Source: Candidatus Thorarchaeota archaeon
GTDB lineage: Archaea > Asgardarchaeota > Thorarchaeia > Thorarchaeales > Thorarchaeaceae
Reading direction: 5' to 3'
DNA: 64,000 bases
Assembly: GCA_004524445.1 (NCBI GenBank)
Contig: SDNP01000011.1
Span: forward strand, 16,668-80,667
Of the stretch, positions 18,701 to 27,464 are shown in pieces (positions within the stretch are counted from its first letter, which is position 1; each line of letters starts with the position of its first letter). The position numbers were made by a program, and so were the translations under genes. Below the pieces are notes generated by a model. It made no database searches. It saw nothing but the letters and a program-made list of their open reading frames with translations, and had not been told where the DNA came from.

Positions 18701-21579
18701 TGATTGTTGACTCTGTCGGAACATCTTTGCTTCGACCAAACGGAACTGCAGACTCAATTTCATTTGGCGAAGACTACCACCTCTTTGTAAGATATGTCAA
18801 TAGTTCTGGATACGGCATAGAGGGCGCCAGTATTTCGGTGGTAGATACATCTCCTGAAACAGGGCTTGCCATAGGGGCTACCCAGGACGAAGGCGATGGA
18901 TTTTACTCGATTCTTCTCTCGCCTAGCTTAACAGATACCTATAATCTGGTGATTGAAGCTAATTACACCAATCACAAAGTGCAATATGTTACCTTCACTC
19001 TAACCGTCAACGATATACCAACTTCATTATTCCTGAACATATCGAGTATAACCATCTCCGTAAATGATCAGCTCGTAGTTGGGCTTATATTTGAGGACGA
19101 GTCCGGGACAGGCGTTCCAGGGGCGGTCATCACTCCACAGAGTCCTCCATCTGAACTTTCATTCTCCGCCACCACTGACTATGGTGATGGTAACTACTCA
19201 TTGGTTATCAATCCGATTTATTTTGGAAATTACCTACTAACGTTTTCAGCATCTAAAGCAAATTATCTAACGGGATATGACTCATTCTCACTAACCGTTG
19301 ATGAAGTAAACACAGTTTTGTTGCGGCAAAACGGAACAGCGGATTCCATCAAGTTTGGTGAAACCTATAATCTTGTTGTGAGATACGAAAATAGCTCGGG
19401 ATATGGTATAGAGGGCGCATCTATCTCAATCTCCAGCATATCACCCGAGGAAGGCTTAGAAATTGGAATCACAGATGATCTCGGCGATGGCTACTACTCC
19501 ATTCTGCTAACTCCCACAACCGCTGATACATATACACTTGTAGTCAAAGCAAATATTACAAATCATAAGGTTCAGTTCGCCACGTTTTCCCTAACTATTA
19601 GTGAAATCCCAACTAGTCTAACTCCCTCACCGTCGAGCGCAACAATTGCTGTTGATTTGATGCAGACGGTTCTACTCACATTCGAGGATGAGGAATCCAA
19701 TGAGATAGAAGGTGCTACGATAACTGTACTGAACCTTCCTGATGGCCTGACCGTTTCGCAAATCGAAGAGGTGGATAATGGGGTCTACCGTGTCATTCTT
19801 GACCCCAATGATGTCGGCACCTATTCGCTATCACTAAGGGCGACTCTCGTCAACTATCAAAACTCGACAGTTGGGTTCAGCCTGACGGTAAGAGAGATTC
19901 CAACTGACTTGTTGTTCATGGGTGGTGGTTCAGCAGCATCCGTAAACTTCTCTGACCCCTACACGCTAGAGCTGATTTATGCAAGAACAGACCTTGGGGA
20001 GAATGTAACTGGAGCGACCATCAATATCACAATAAGCCAAGCAAATGGACCAGATTTCACTCTCACAACTCTTGGTGAGCTATACGCGATAACATTTGAT
20101 ACTTCAATTACTGGTTCTTGGACCATCACTATCCAAGCCGGTAAAGAGAATCATGAGAAGAAGAGTCGTGAATTCCAGTTGGCCATCGAAGCTGTTGAAA
20201 CTAGCATTACAGATATCACATTGCAGGATGAGCTACTCTACGACCATACGTATGTATTCGATTACTATTACCTCATTGATTGGAATAACACGGGCATCGA
20301 CCAAGCTCATGTGACAGTGTCCGGAATTGATGCTGATTGGGTAGAGGTAATACCCAAGGGAGACGGACTTTACACCATTAGTCTGACACCAACAAGCCTA
20401 GGACGACACTCGGCAGCCTTTCTTTTTGATAAGCCAGGTTATGTCAAGCAAAGAACAACTCTTCGTTTTGATGTGGAACAGGTAACAATCGGTATCGAAA
20501 TCCTTAGTGAGCTCTCAGGCAATGCCGAATCTACCAAGACGTTAGAGCTCAGAATATACGAAATTGATAGCGGAAACGCAGTTTTGAATGCCACCGCAAC
20601 GTATCTTGTTATAGGATCTGAGAGTGGTTTGCTGGAACAGGGATTATTTACTGAAATGGGAGATGGTATCTACCGCGCCACATTCGCGATGCCTCCGGCA
20701 GATGATGAGGGTTATAGCTTAGAAGTCACCGTCAATAAGCCAAATCATGTGTTGGGTGCTTCGTTTGGCACATATTCATTGAATCCCTATCTTAGTCAGG
20801 ACCAAGTCTTGAATCAAATCATTCGAACATATGTTATTCCGCCAGCGGTGTTGGTGGTAGGTCTTATAGTTGCTTATGGGGGATATCTTATCTACAGGAG
20901 AAGGAGAAGGGATGAAATCATCAAGCAGAATATTATCAAGAATATATTCAAGGATGCACAGAATCTCCTTGGAGCCTTGATACTCCATAGGAAGAGCGGA
21001 GTTCCTCTATATTCACGCATTATTAAAGGAGGCTTGGATGAAACGGTTGTTTCTGCATTTATTACCGCCATAACCCAGTTCAAGGCAGAATTCGACTTGG
21101 AAACAATTGGTGATGAATATGATGTTACCCCCATCTCAGATTTGATACGAATTGTACCCACAAGGAATTTGATATGCGCATTCATCGTATTGAGAGACCC
21201 CAGTGAGCGACAGAAGCAAATGATGAAGGAATTCGCTCGGCAAATTGGATTCATTTGGGATGACATATATCAAGACACACCATCCGAAATTCTTGATGAT
21301 GCATCCAAGCGTCAATTCGATGAGTTATTCGATAACCTGTTAGATGGATCATTATTGAAGACTCACAAAATTGTTGATGAAAATGAGTTGCCTAGGCGAA
21401 TGAAGTGTGTGCAAGAGGGTCTGGATAGAATTGATGAGGATCAATTCGAATTGCATGACTTGGCACAAGAGATTACAGCTTGTGGACTTGAAGAGGGAAA
21501 GGCCTACAGCGTAATCATGGACGCATTACAAAACAATGTGATAATAGAGAAAGACGATGGGTCCTCCTCCAGTGAGTAG
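15721..21579 (+). CDS. giant (1952 aa) cell-surface protein: signal anchor, Ig-like repeats, TM helix, cytoplasmic longin-like + wHTH-like tail
   Basis: N-terminal hydrophobic segment, many NxS/T sequons, ~100-aa beta repeats with GxGxYSI, TM followed by RRRRR, then LILHRKSGVPLYSR...VSAFITAITQF. Confidence 0.85.
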   Translation: MIVRRRFFAVTIMALLSLYAVGSIAKSFVNTGQSESITPSSEFFDETRLRKEDDSSDSLSKYSLSDSALTGTLDPVEVEQSGFIATGSTFARTDNSFNTNTTLGIDRANGWLASQAEAQVWGLERRYAINGTFDDGIPGTYAMVNETPVYYPYGWSPSYTTTNTGQAQVAGYDDSGYAILENQGNKEGPSGNKYTHYAGTKILWNQEITNQPYTKNFTLNLRYLYSRGPLGSGVPGDCSLSVFVNDSVVWSQALPDVAGRGIWIETGEIPINIADAGNTLEFAVGIVIDETMALNAEEDYNGDEMAEGISNTVYVTVNIDEISFVGLNPPSFEEVDFNFSAGNQTTSVTGASGNGTALISKSDYWSVEQLDIAFTSNVSVSFNYDAYLLEHRFLNSSFTTNTHQFGVKYSISHNQSANLELFTYVGTQGEFLEFNVTIRYPTDWENATIYSPFSIDVTTQCQITEGEVRIPTSLLEDLGWWDVELQSPNYAKSLKTQIYDDSTGWTDAVLFRPGNTTRTSVEIGTTVETPSISNPVNLTWYLPNGTIWWDESTTSGTAGSLNSSPVAFGPTNTTAGPWSIEIVWSNGTEVAYSSISFALYHQATLTPVYSLIEGDVDETITNVLRFEDIYSGDYLMADDANVIGNWSGTWVDFIPNVVKNWWEGDFDTTIVGGGNFTVLVNASKPFYDDTSCLFQITSIYATEMQTDAPSDVPAEINFNEHYLVNISYNLSNGTGIVDATIGVDYTGPTGGLDIDSPVPQTTGEYQLEITGRQTGTYVISIEASKDFHHSQTDSFTLEVLEAPTTLTQLNGTADSVRYGQDYRYVVKYENSSGIGLESADISISSIDPSVGLGFSPTSEIGGGYYSILFSPTDTSTFTIVVKANLSNHQTRFVTFTLTVSTVPTTLALNATSETISIQEVFVLGLTFMDDSGAGIPGATITAQNPPADLHISSATDYGDGNYSIVIDPFYFGTYLLTFSASKTNHQTAANSFSLIVDSVGTSLLRPNGTADSISFGEDYHLFVRYVNSSGYGIEGASISVVDTSPETGLAIGATQDEGDGFYSILLSPSLTDTYNLVIEANYTNHKVQYVTFTLTVNDIPTSLFLNISSITISVNDQLVVGLIFEDESGTGVPGAVITPQSPPSELSFSATTDYGDGNYSLVINPIYFGNYLLTFSASKANYLTGYDSFSLTVDEVNTVLLRQNGTADSIKFGETYNLVVRYENSSGYGIEGASISISSISPEEGLEIGITDDLGDGYYSILLTPTTADTYTLVVKANITNHKVQFATFSLTISEIPTSLTPSPSSATIAVDLMQTVLLTFEDEESNEIEGATITVLNLPDGLTVSQIEEVDNGVYRVILDPNDVGTYSLSLRATLVNYQNSTVGFSLTVREIPTDLLFMGGGSAASVNFSDPYTLELIYARTDLGENVTGATINITISQANGPDFTLTTLGELYAITFDTSITGSWTITIQAGKENHEKKSREFQLAIEAVETSITDITLQDELLYDHTYVFDYYYLIDWNNTGIDQAHVTVSGIDADWVEVIPKGDGLYTISLTPTSLGRHSAAFLFDKPGYVKQRTTLRFDVEQVTIGIEILSELSGNAESTKTLELRIYEIDSGNAVLNATATYLVIGSESGLLEQGLFTEMGDGIYRATFAMPPADDEGYSLEVTVNKPNHVLGASFGTYSLNPYLSQDQVLNQIIRTYVIPPAVLVVGLIVAYGGYLIYRRRRRDEIIKQNIIKNIFKDAQNLLGALILHRKSGVPLYSRIIKGGLDETVVSAFITAITQFKAEFDLETIGDEYDVTPISDLIRIVPTRNLICAFIVLRDPSERQKQMMKEFARQIGFIWDDIYQDTPSEILDDASKRQFDELFDNLLDGSLLKTHKIVDENELPRRMKCVQEGLDRIDEDQFELHDLAQEITACGLEEGKAYSVIMDALQNNVIIEKDDGSSSSE
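18148..19900 (+). repeat. three tandem ~197-aa (591-nt) two-domain repeats within the giant surface protein
   Basis: NGTADS codons start at 18148, 18739 and 19330 (period 591 nt). Confidence 0.85.
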
Positions 21580-21608
21580 GACGTAACATACTCCACACAG
21601 GAATGGTT

Positions 21609-21866
21609 CTACTCCGCCCATTGAGTTTTTGAGAATTCTATTGCATCTGTGACTCCCTGTGTGAAATCCTCAGACTCGCATTCCAAGGTGTACATCACGA
21701 ATCCGTCATAAGCAAAGAAATGCATTCATCGTACGTGATAGACTATATCTGGTTGCGCAATCTGGATGAGGTCAAGGAACTCTCTTTTTCTGAGTTTTAC
21801 GCGATAAGAACTGGTATGTGCCATTGCAGCTGCTGTTACTCCTGCACCACCTCCTGAATACGCCAT
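21609..21866 (-). pseudogene. small gene with an in-frame TGA at codon 47 (not in ORF track)
   Basis: GGTGA SD; MAYSGGGAGVTAAAMAHTSSYRVKLRKREFLDLIQIAQPDIVYHVR*MHFFAYDGFVMYTLECESEDFTQGVTDAIEFSKTQWAE fills the gap. Confidence 0.6.
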
Positions 21867-22019
21867 GTTCTGGGTTCACCTTCTGAATGAGGTTGCGTTT
21901 CGATAGACAATAATTGCTGTCAGCGTAAAGTGGCAATTAACGAATTAGGTGTGGGATTATGGTGGGGGTTATCCTAAAATCTAAATTCCCCTGAAATAAG
22001 GTGATAGTGAGGAAAGGAT

Positions 22020-23084
22020 TTGGTCAGCAAAAAACAACTCGATACTCTTGATGCCCGCATGATCCATGATGCGCTTTTACAGCAACAAGAAGATCGCGGC
22101 ATCAGATGTCTCACCTGCAGTCATCGTTGTGTAATTCCCGAGGGTAAAACTGGAATCTGTGATACCCGTGCAAATATCGATGGTACAATCAAGACCTTAG
22201 TTCATGGAAACATATCTTCTCTGAGCAGTAATCCTGTTGAAAAGAAACCTTTCTTTCACTTTGCACCAGGTACGACAGCGTTTACCGTGGGAAGCTGGGG
22301 GTGCAACGCATCTTGTGAGTTCTGCCAGAATTACTCAATATCCCGTGCTTCACCCGTTTCCAAGTCATCACGCTACCTGAGTCCAGAGGGGTTCATAGAT
22401 GCAGCTCAACAGGAAGGAGCGGAGGGTATCTCCGTTTCATTCAATGAAGCGGCAACCCTTATGCTGGAGTGGAATATGGAGGCCTTCAAAATCGCACATG
22501 AAAGAGGGTTGTATAACACCATAGTATCCAATGGTTACATGACAACACAGGCACTTGATGCGTTGATTGATACGGGTCTAGATGCTGCAAATGTGGATAT
22601 GAAAGGATGTGGACCCGCAGTCAGAGAGATATGTGGCATCACAACCGAACCAGTTTGGGAAAATATCATCCACATGAAGGAAAGAGGAGTGCATACAGAA
22701 GTCACTACACTGGTTGTGCCTGGACTCAGCAATGATGAGGAATGCTTGGAGAGTATTGCGTCACGTATCAAAGATGATGTTGGCAAGGAAACACCATGGC
22801 ATTTGAGCAAATATTTTCCTACGTATAAATACGATGAACCGCCAACCCAACTTAGCACTCTGCTAGCAGCTCGGAACAACGGACGAGATATCGGGCTGGA
22901 ACACGTCTATATTGGAAATGTTAGGGAACCAGGTCTCGAAGACACAATCTGTCCCAGTTGTGGAAAAATCTGTTATGAAAGAAGAGGGTATCTCTCAAGA
23001 AACACCGGAACGGATCAATCTGGACAGTGTGACAAATGTGGCTATGACCTTGGTATTAAATTCTGGCCGTCCGAAGAAGAATGA
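22020..23084 (+). CDS. AmmeMemoRadiSam-system radical SAM enzyme (PFL-activase-like)
   Basis: C..C.H.C N-terminus, PVEKKPFFHF.PG, GCNASCEFCQN, C-terminal CPSCG...CDKCG. Confidence 0.9.
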   Translation: MVSKKQLDTLDARMIHDALLQQQEDRGIRCLTCSHRCVIPEGKTGICDTRANIDGTIKTLVHGNISSLSSNPVEKKPFFHFAPGTTAFTVGSWGCNASCEFCQNYSISRASPVSKSSRYLSPEGFIDAAQQEGAEGISVSFNEAATLMLEWNMEAFKIAHERGLYNTIVSNGYMTTQALDALIDTGLDAANVDMKGCGPAVREICGITTEPVWENIIHMKERGVHTEVTTLVVPGLSNDEECLESIASRIKDDVGKETPWHLSKYFPTYKYDEPPTQLSTLLAARNNGRDIGLEHVYIGNVREPGLEDTICPSCGKICYERRGYLSRNTGTDQSGQCDKCGYDLGIKFWPSEEE

Positions 23085-23107
23085 AGCCGTAAGAATGGTG
23101 TCGAGTA

Positions 23108-23719
23108 ATGTGGTTCATCATATCGTTAATTGGTGCTCTAGTTCTCATGCCGTTGCATTTCATCTCGGTTGAGCATCAGAAGCTTGAGAAGCGATTTGGA
23201 GAACATAGGGGCCGAAGATTGGGAAATATTATGGGAATCATATCAGGATGGGGGTACTTCATATTTCTCTCTGGTCTATGGTTATCTCCTCAACCGAGGT
23301 TATTCCTGCCAATGGAAGTAATAGGCAGATTCTCAATTCCCATAGTTGGCATAGAAACCTCATTGGTCAGTATTATTCTTGGTTTCCTATTTCTGTTGCC
23401 CGGTGCATGGCTTGGGTTGCGTGGCGTCATAGATCTAGGGCTGTATGTGTCAGAAACCCACAGACCAGAGAAACTTGTCACAACAGGGATATATCAGAAA
23501 ATAAGGCATCCACAATATCTGGGTGCAATTCTCTCTCATATAGGGATTAGTATAATGCTCTCATCCTTATACTCCATTCTAGTGACACCTGCTCTCATGA
23601 TTCGAGACTTTCTCATATGTAAGAAGGAAGATAGTGAGCTGGCTAAAGAGTTCGGGACGGAATATGAGGACTATCAAGACAAAGTCCCCATGTTTCTCCC
23701 GAACAAGAGCTCAGAGTAG
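23108..23719 (+). CDS. isoprenylcysteine carboxyl methyltransferase/PEMT-family membrane protein
   Basis: LVTTGIYQKIRHPQYLG; EDSELAKEFGTEYEDYQDKVPMF. Confidence 0.9.
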   Translation: MWFIISLIGALVLMPLHFISVEHQKLEKRFGEHRGRRLGNIMGIISGWGYFIFLSGLWLSPQPRLFLPMEVIGRFSIPIVGIETSLVSIILGFLFLLPGAWLGLRGVIDLGLYVSETHRPEKLVTTGIYQKIRHPQYLGAILSHIGISIMLSSLYSILVTPALMIRDFLICKKEDSELAKEFGTEYEDYQDKVPMFLPNKSSE

Positions 23720-23754
23720 CACAAACCTGGATGCCTATTGGCAGCCATTATAGG

Positions 23755-24120
23755 CTAGTCTATGCCAATTTTGGACGCCACTTTTACCAACACAAATGCA
23801 ACAAATGCGATTATGATGAAAGTGACTAACTCACCAGCGAATGCACCAACTCCGAATGGCCCAATGGCAATCGCTTGCCAATCAACCTCGGGAAGTACGA
23901 GTTCAACTATTGGCATGACAATGTGGTCAACCAAAGCGCTAACGACATTTCCTAAGTAAATTGCAAGGATGAAAGCTACAGCAAGCCCAAGAACCTTGTA
24001 CTTCTTCAGAAATGTCACAAATTCGTCTACGAAGTTGTCAGGGGGTTCTGGAGGAGGTGCGGGAGTGAGGAGTTTCCGTATTTCTCTCAATTCTTCTAAA
24101 ATCTGGTCGTCTGTTGCCAT
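23755..24120 (-). CDS. mscL: large-conductance mechanosensitive channel, apparently permuted
   Basis: EFVTFLKKYKVLGLAVAFI...VVSALVDHIVMP and G.F...VTFIIIAFVAF match the MscL S1/TM1/TM2 segments. Confidence 0.85.
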   Translation of the reverse strand: MATDDQILEELREIRKLLTPAPPPEPPDNFVDEFVTFLKKYKVLGLAVAFILAIYLGNVVSALVDHIVMPIVELVLPEVDWQAIAIGPFGVGAFAGELVTFIIIAFVAFVLVKVASKIGID

Positions 24121-24197
24121 GACATTCCACCGCGAATACTAGGGAAACATAATGGGTATTAACTTAGATATAGTTCTTCTGCACAAAAAACATCTGT

Positions 24198-24488
24198 CTA
24201 GAGGAGATACTGTATAGGCAACAGCCCGATGATAGCTAGAATAGTCCCGAATAGAAGATGTTTTCTGTTTCCTGTCTTCCTTCCCCATCTTAGAAGCGCG
24301 CCACCTACACCGATGCATAATGAAAGAGTGGCATAGAGCCATACCAATCTAACCAGCGGAATGCCATACAGAATAAAACGTAGAAAGATGCCTAGAAGCG
24401 TATAGATTGAAACATCTCTCACAATCATGTCTTCGATCTCGGGCATTCTTAACAGCACACTCATTTGTTTTGCCTTAGTAGTAGTCAA
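24198..24488 (-). CDS. small hypothetical membrane protein
   Basis: 3 hydrophobic segments; fills an intergenic gap. Confidence 0.5.
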   Translation of the reverse strand: MTTTKAKQMSVLLRMPEIEDMIVRDVSIYTLLGIFLRFILYGIPLVRLVWLYATLSLCIGVGGALLRWGRKTGNRKHLLFGTILAIIGLLPIQYLL

Positions 24489-24540
24489 AAGGATTGCCTT
24501 GTAACACCAATATAGTTGTCGTTTTTTAATAGAAACAAAG

Positions 24541-24559
24541 GAGGGCCAGCGAGGCCCTC
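24541..24559 (-). terminator. hairpin downstream of the TspO-like gene
   Basis: gagggcc-agcga-ggccctc, followed by a T-rich tract on the minus strand. Confidence 0.55.
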
Positions 24560-24576
24560 ATGTTGCATGACCAGAA

Positions 24577-25404
24577 CTACTGACTCGTTCGCATCAGATA
24601 GTAATCGATTATACTCTCTTTCTTGATAATTGGAATGGCAAGTATTGCAATCAATACTAGGACTGCTGTGGCAATGGCAGTGTAGCTGATCAACGCAATT
24701 GCAGCCTGTTTAATGGCAATTCCAACACTTGCCCAAATCACAACCAGACCATATGCAAAATCGTGCCGTAAGAATATCATCGATAGTGTAATGACCAATG
24801 CAATGATGATGACTGCAACCGTCCATAGTTCCTGAATCATTTGAGGAATTCCAGGAATCAAGACATTGAGTACGGATGCGGTGCTGGCAATAGTGGCAAG
24901 CGAAATCCATCCAACATAGACGCTGACTGGCAAATGCACTGCTAGCTTCACACCAAGGGGAACCTCCGTTTCACCAATGCCAAGTCGCACATAGGTGAAT
25001 AGAAGTGTAACCAGTAGGAGGACTATTGGCAACTCGGATAATACAAATAATGTTGGGTTACCAAACGAATAGTGGAATACTATCAGCCAAGAAATATTGA
25101 AAATTGCACCCACCAAATATAGGAAACTGATATCCTGAAGATACTCTTTTCCTCGTTCACTAGGTCTAACCTGGTAGATTGCGAAAGTAGCTAGAAGGAT
25201 GTAGATAACTCCCCAAATCGCAAATACATAACCAGGGGGTGTGAATAGATTAGGATAAGAGTCTGCTACTTGACCAGTATTGACCCCGTTGAGAGGTAAA
25301 ATGTTGGCCAGTGAATTGAAAACTATGGTTCCAAATATTGACACAATGTTAATAATCTGAAGGACCAGAGGGTTCGTTCTTGAAGACATGGAATCATTAA
25401 CCAT
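24577..25404 (-). CDS. tryptophan-rich sensory protein (TspO/MBR-related) family
   Basis: LANILPLNG.NTGQV.D.YPNLFTPPGYVFAIWG; SVYVGWISLAT; VVIWASVGI. Confidence 0.85.
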   Translation of the reverse strand: MVNDSMSSRTNPLVLQIINIVSIFGTIVFNSLANILPLNGVNTGQVADSYPNLFTPPGYVFAIWGVIYILLATFAIYQVRPSERGKEYLQDISFLYLVGAIFNISWLIVFHYSFGNPTLFVLSELPIVLLLVTLLFTYVRLGIGETEVPLGVKLAVHLPVSVYVGWISLATIASTASVLNVLIPGIPQMIQELWTVAVIIIALVITLSMIFLRHDFAYGLVVIWASVGIAIKQAAIALISYTAIATAVLVLIAILAIPIIKKESIIDYYLMRTSQ

Positions 25405-25584
25405 GGTTAATGCATAAAAGGGTAACGCTTGAATTCCTCATTTCTAAGAGTAAGCAAAAATTCTCGTGCATTCGCCTCAATCATGCTAGGAAGTAAATAA
25501 TCTTCATGATGACAGAATAAAGGATAAAACATGCGCTCCTTTAAGAAGTGATAAGATTCTAAGATAAAACGGAGCAAGTGTGGC

Positions 25585-26646
25585 ATGGCAACTGAGCCGA
25601 TAAGAAATGACGAATCAATGTTGAAGGAGGTCTTCTTGATAGATGAGGGCCTACTTCAGTTTCATTATAGCAACGATTCTTCGGCCAGCGAGGATGATAA
25701 GGCGGTTCTTTCTTCGGGGCTGCTCACCGCGTTGCAGGACTTTAGCAGCCAAGCAAGATCTGGATCTCTGGAATCTTTTCTGACAGGTGATGAGTACTTT
25801 CTGTTTACAAAATGCCCAGAAACCGACAGAGTAGTTGTGGGAGTTTTTCATCGATTGGCTCCAGAAGAATTAGCTCGCGAGTCTCTTGAGAGGATTCAAG
25901 AGGTATTCAAGAGCGCTGATATCCCTGATGCATCCGGAAAACAACTGCCGGGTGATGAAAAACAAAGGCTCAGGAACCTCATAAAAGAGATAGGCATTCA
26001 TCTATTTGACAAAGAGTATTTCGAACTGCATATTGAAGAGCTGTTGAAAAATAGAAGCGACATCCCCTTGGCATTTCTTGTAGATACTACAGACAATTCG
26101 CTAGTTACACACTTTGCCCGACCCAAGCCACTCTTTCGGAAGAGCCAGCTGGATGATTTCCGTCTACTCTATTCAACTCTAGAAAAATCTCTAACAAGCC
26201 TTGGTATTGCCACTGAGTATTCCTATTTCATAATCAAATCACAAGGCTATTCAGCTGCTTCATACAACTCAGTTCGATTTGCAAGCGTCGCTAGTGGAGC
26301 TATGAGAATCGATTCTGATGCGGTATTAGATGTCGCCATAAAAATGTGTGTTCCATCCGGTGAAATCCCGGATATGGCAGATTTAGACCAAGGAGAAATA
26401 GAAGGCGTTTCGCTGTTATTCAATAATGGAATCCTGAAGCATGAGAGGGGAGAAAGACTTCCGTCTATGAGCCAAGTATATCTCTCGACTCTTGTCAATA
26501 ATGCTGATGCGTTCTTCAAATCAGTCAATCGACGGGTCTTTACGAGATTCGATGTGTTCGGAGGAATAGCCCAACCAAAGAGCATATCATTAATCCGAGA
26601 AGGGGATGGTAAGTCTCTAAGAGTCGAAATCAGACGTTTTCAATGA
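25585..26646 (+). CDS. longin/roadblock multi-domain protein
   Basis: EVFLIDEGLLQFHY...LSSGLLTALQDFS...ESFLTGDEYFLF is the Asgard longin-like pattern; two further similar beta-beta-helix units follow. Confidence 0.6.
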   Translation: MATEPIRNDESMLKEVFLIDEGLLQFHYSNDSSASEDDKAVLSSGLLTALQDFSSQARSGSLESFLTGDEYFLFTKCPETDRVVVGVFHRLAPEELARESLERIQEVFKSADIPDASGKQLPGDEKQRLRNLIKEIGIHLFDKEYFELHIEELLKNRSDIPLAFLVDTTDNSLVTHFARPKPLFRKSQLDDFRLLYSTLEKSLTSLGIATEYSYFIIKSQGYSAASYNSVRFASVASGAMRIDSDAVLDVAIKMCVPSGEIPDMADLDQGEIEGVSLLFNNGILKHERGERLPSMSQVYLSTLVNNADAFFKSVNRRVFTRFDVFGGIAQPKSISLIREGDGKSLRVEIRRFQ

Positions 26647-26705
26647 AGCGAATGGCAATCCATTTTAGTAAGCAATACTCTAGTCTATTGACGGACGAGT
26701 AGCTC

Positions 26706-27446
26706 ATGGAACAGACACCTAAGAAAATGACTTCAGATGATGAAGGCTCGCAGTTGGACGCTGTATTCCTTTACATGGGGATTCTCGATGCGTATGAAGC
26801 TGTGGGAGTTGAGTTGATAGGGCCGGATGTCCTCGAGAATCATGTTCTCCCTCGAATGGTATACTATGTTAGAGAGTTCTTACCTGAGGTGTTCTCGGAT
26901 CGTGCCAACGAACAGGATTTAGCTGCTGAACTACAGGCATTCTTGACGAACTTTCGTCAACGCGTTGATGATGCACGTGGATCTGGAACAGCTGAGGGTT
27001 TGAACATGGAAGGCATATGGAAATTGAGAGCTGCCATTTTTGGCTATGAGAGTGTCTTCATCAACATTCTGGGTGAGGCAGCAATCAGGGATTATGTGTT
27101 CATACGAATAGCCGACATTCTTTCGGCCTATTTACCCGATAACCTTTTGGATCCGAATAGCCCCTTGGAAAACAAACTGCGAGAGTATGCCAAATTTCTA
27201 ACGGATCATGATTTTGTAAAATTTGCACGGGTAGAATCCAAGGGAGATACTATAGTAGTTGCAACCAACAACTGTGCATTTTCAAGAATCCACGATTCAG
27301 AAGCATACACAAACCTGAATGTGCGATTCTGTCCGTGGGGGATGATTGGTTCAGCAATCGTAGCAGCCCACGAAGGCAAAGAAACAGTTCTTGAGTCGAG
27401 CTTGTTCACCACAAGAGGAAGTGTAAGTAATATCGCAAAGAAATGA
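26706..27446 (+). CDS. V4R/methanogen-output-domain-like protein with an internal duplication
   Basis: NNCAF...FCPWG..GSAI Cys pair typical of V4R-like domains; YEAV..ELIG...LP repeated as YESV..NILG...LP. Confidence 0.55.
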   Translation: MEQTPKKMTSDDEGSQLDAVFLYMGILDAYEAVGVELIGPDVLENHVLPRMVYYVREFLPEVFSDRANEQDLAAELQAFLTNFRQRVDDARGSGTAEGLNMEGIWKLRAAIFGYESVFINILGEAAIRDYVFIRIADILSAYLPDNLLDPNSPLENKLREYAKFLTDHDFVKFARVESKGDTIVVATNNCAFSRIHDSEAYTNLNVRFCPWGMIGSAIVAAHEGKETVLESSLFTTRGSVSNIAKK

Positions 27447-27464
27447 GATAGGAGTGGAAAGATA

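Noticed and set aside
21726-21728. Firm selenoprotein call
   Set aside because: No Cys-type redox context and no visible SECIS; kept only as a low-interest finding
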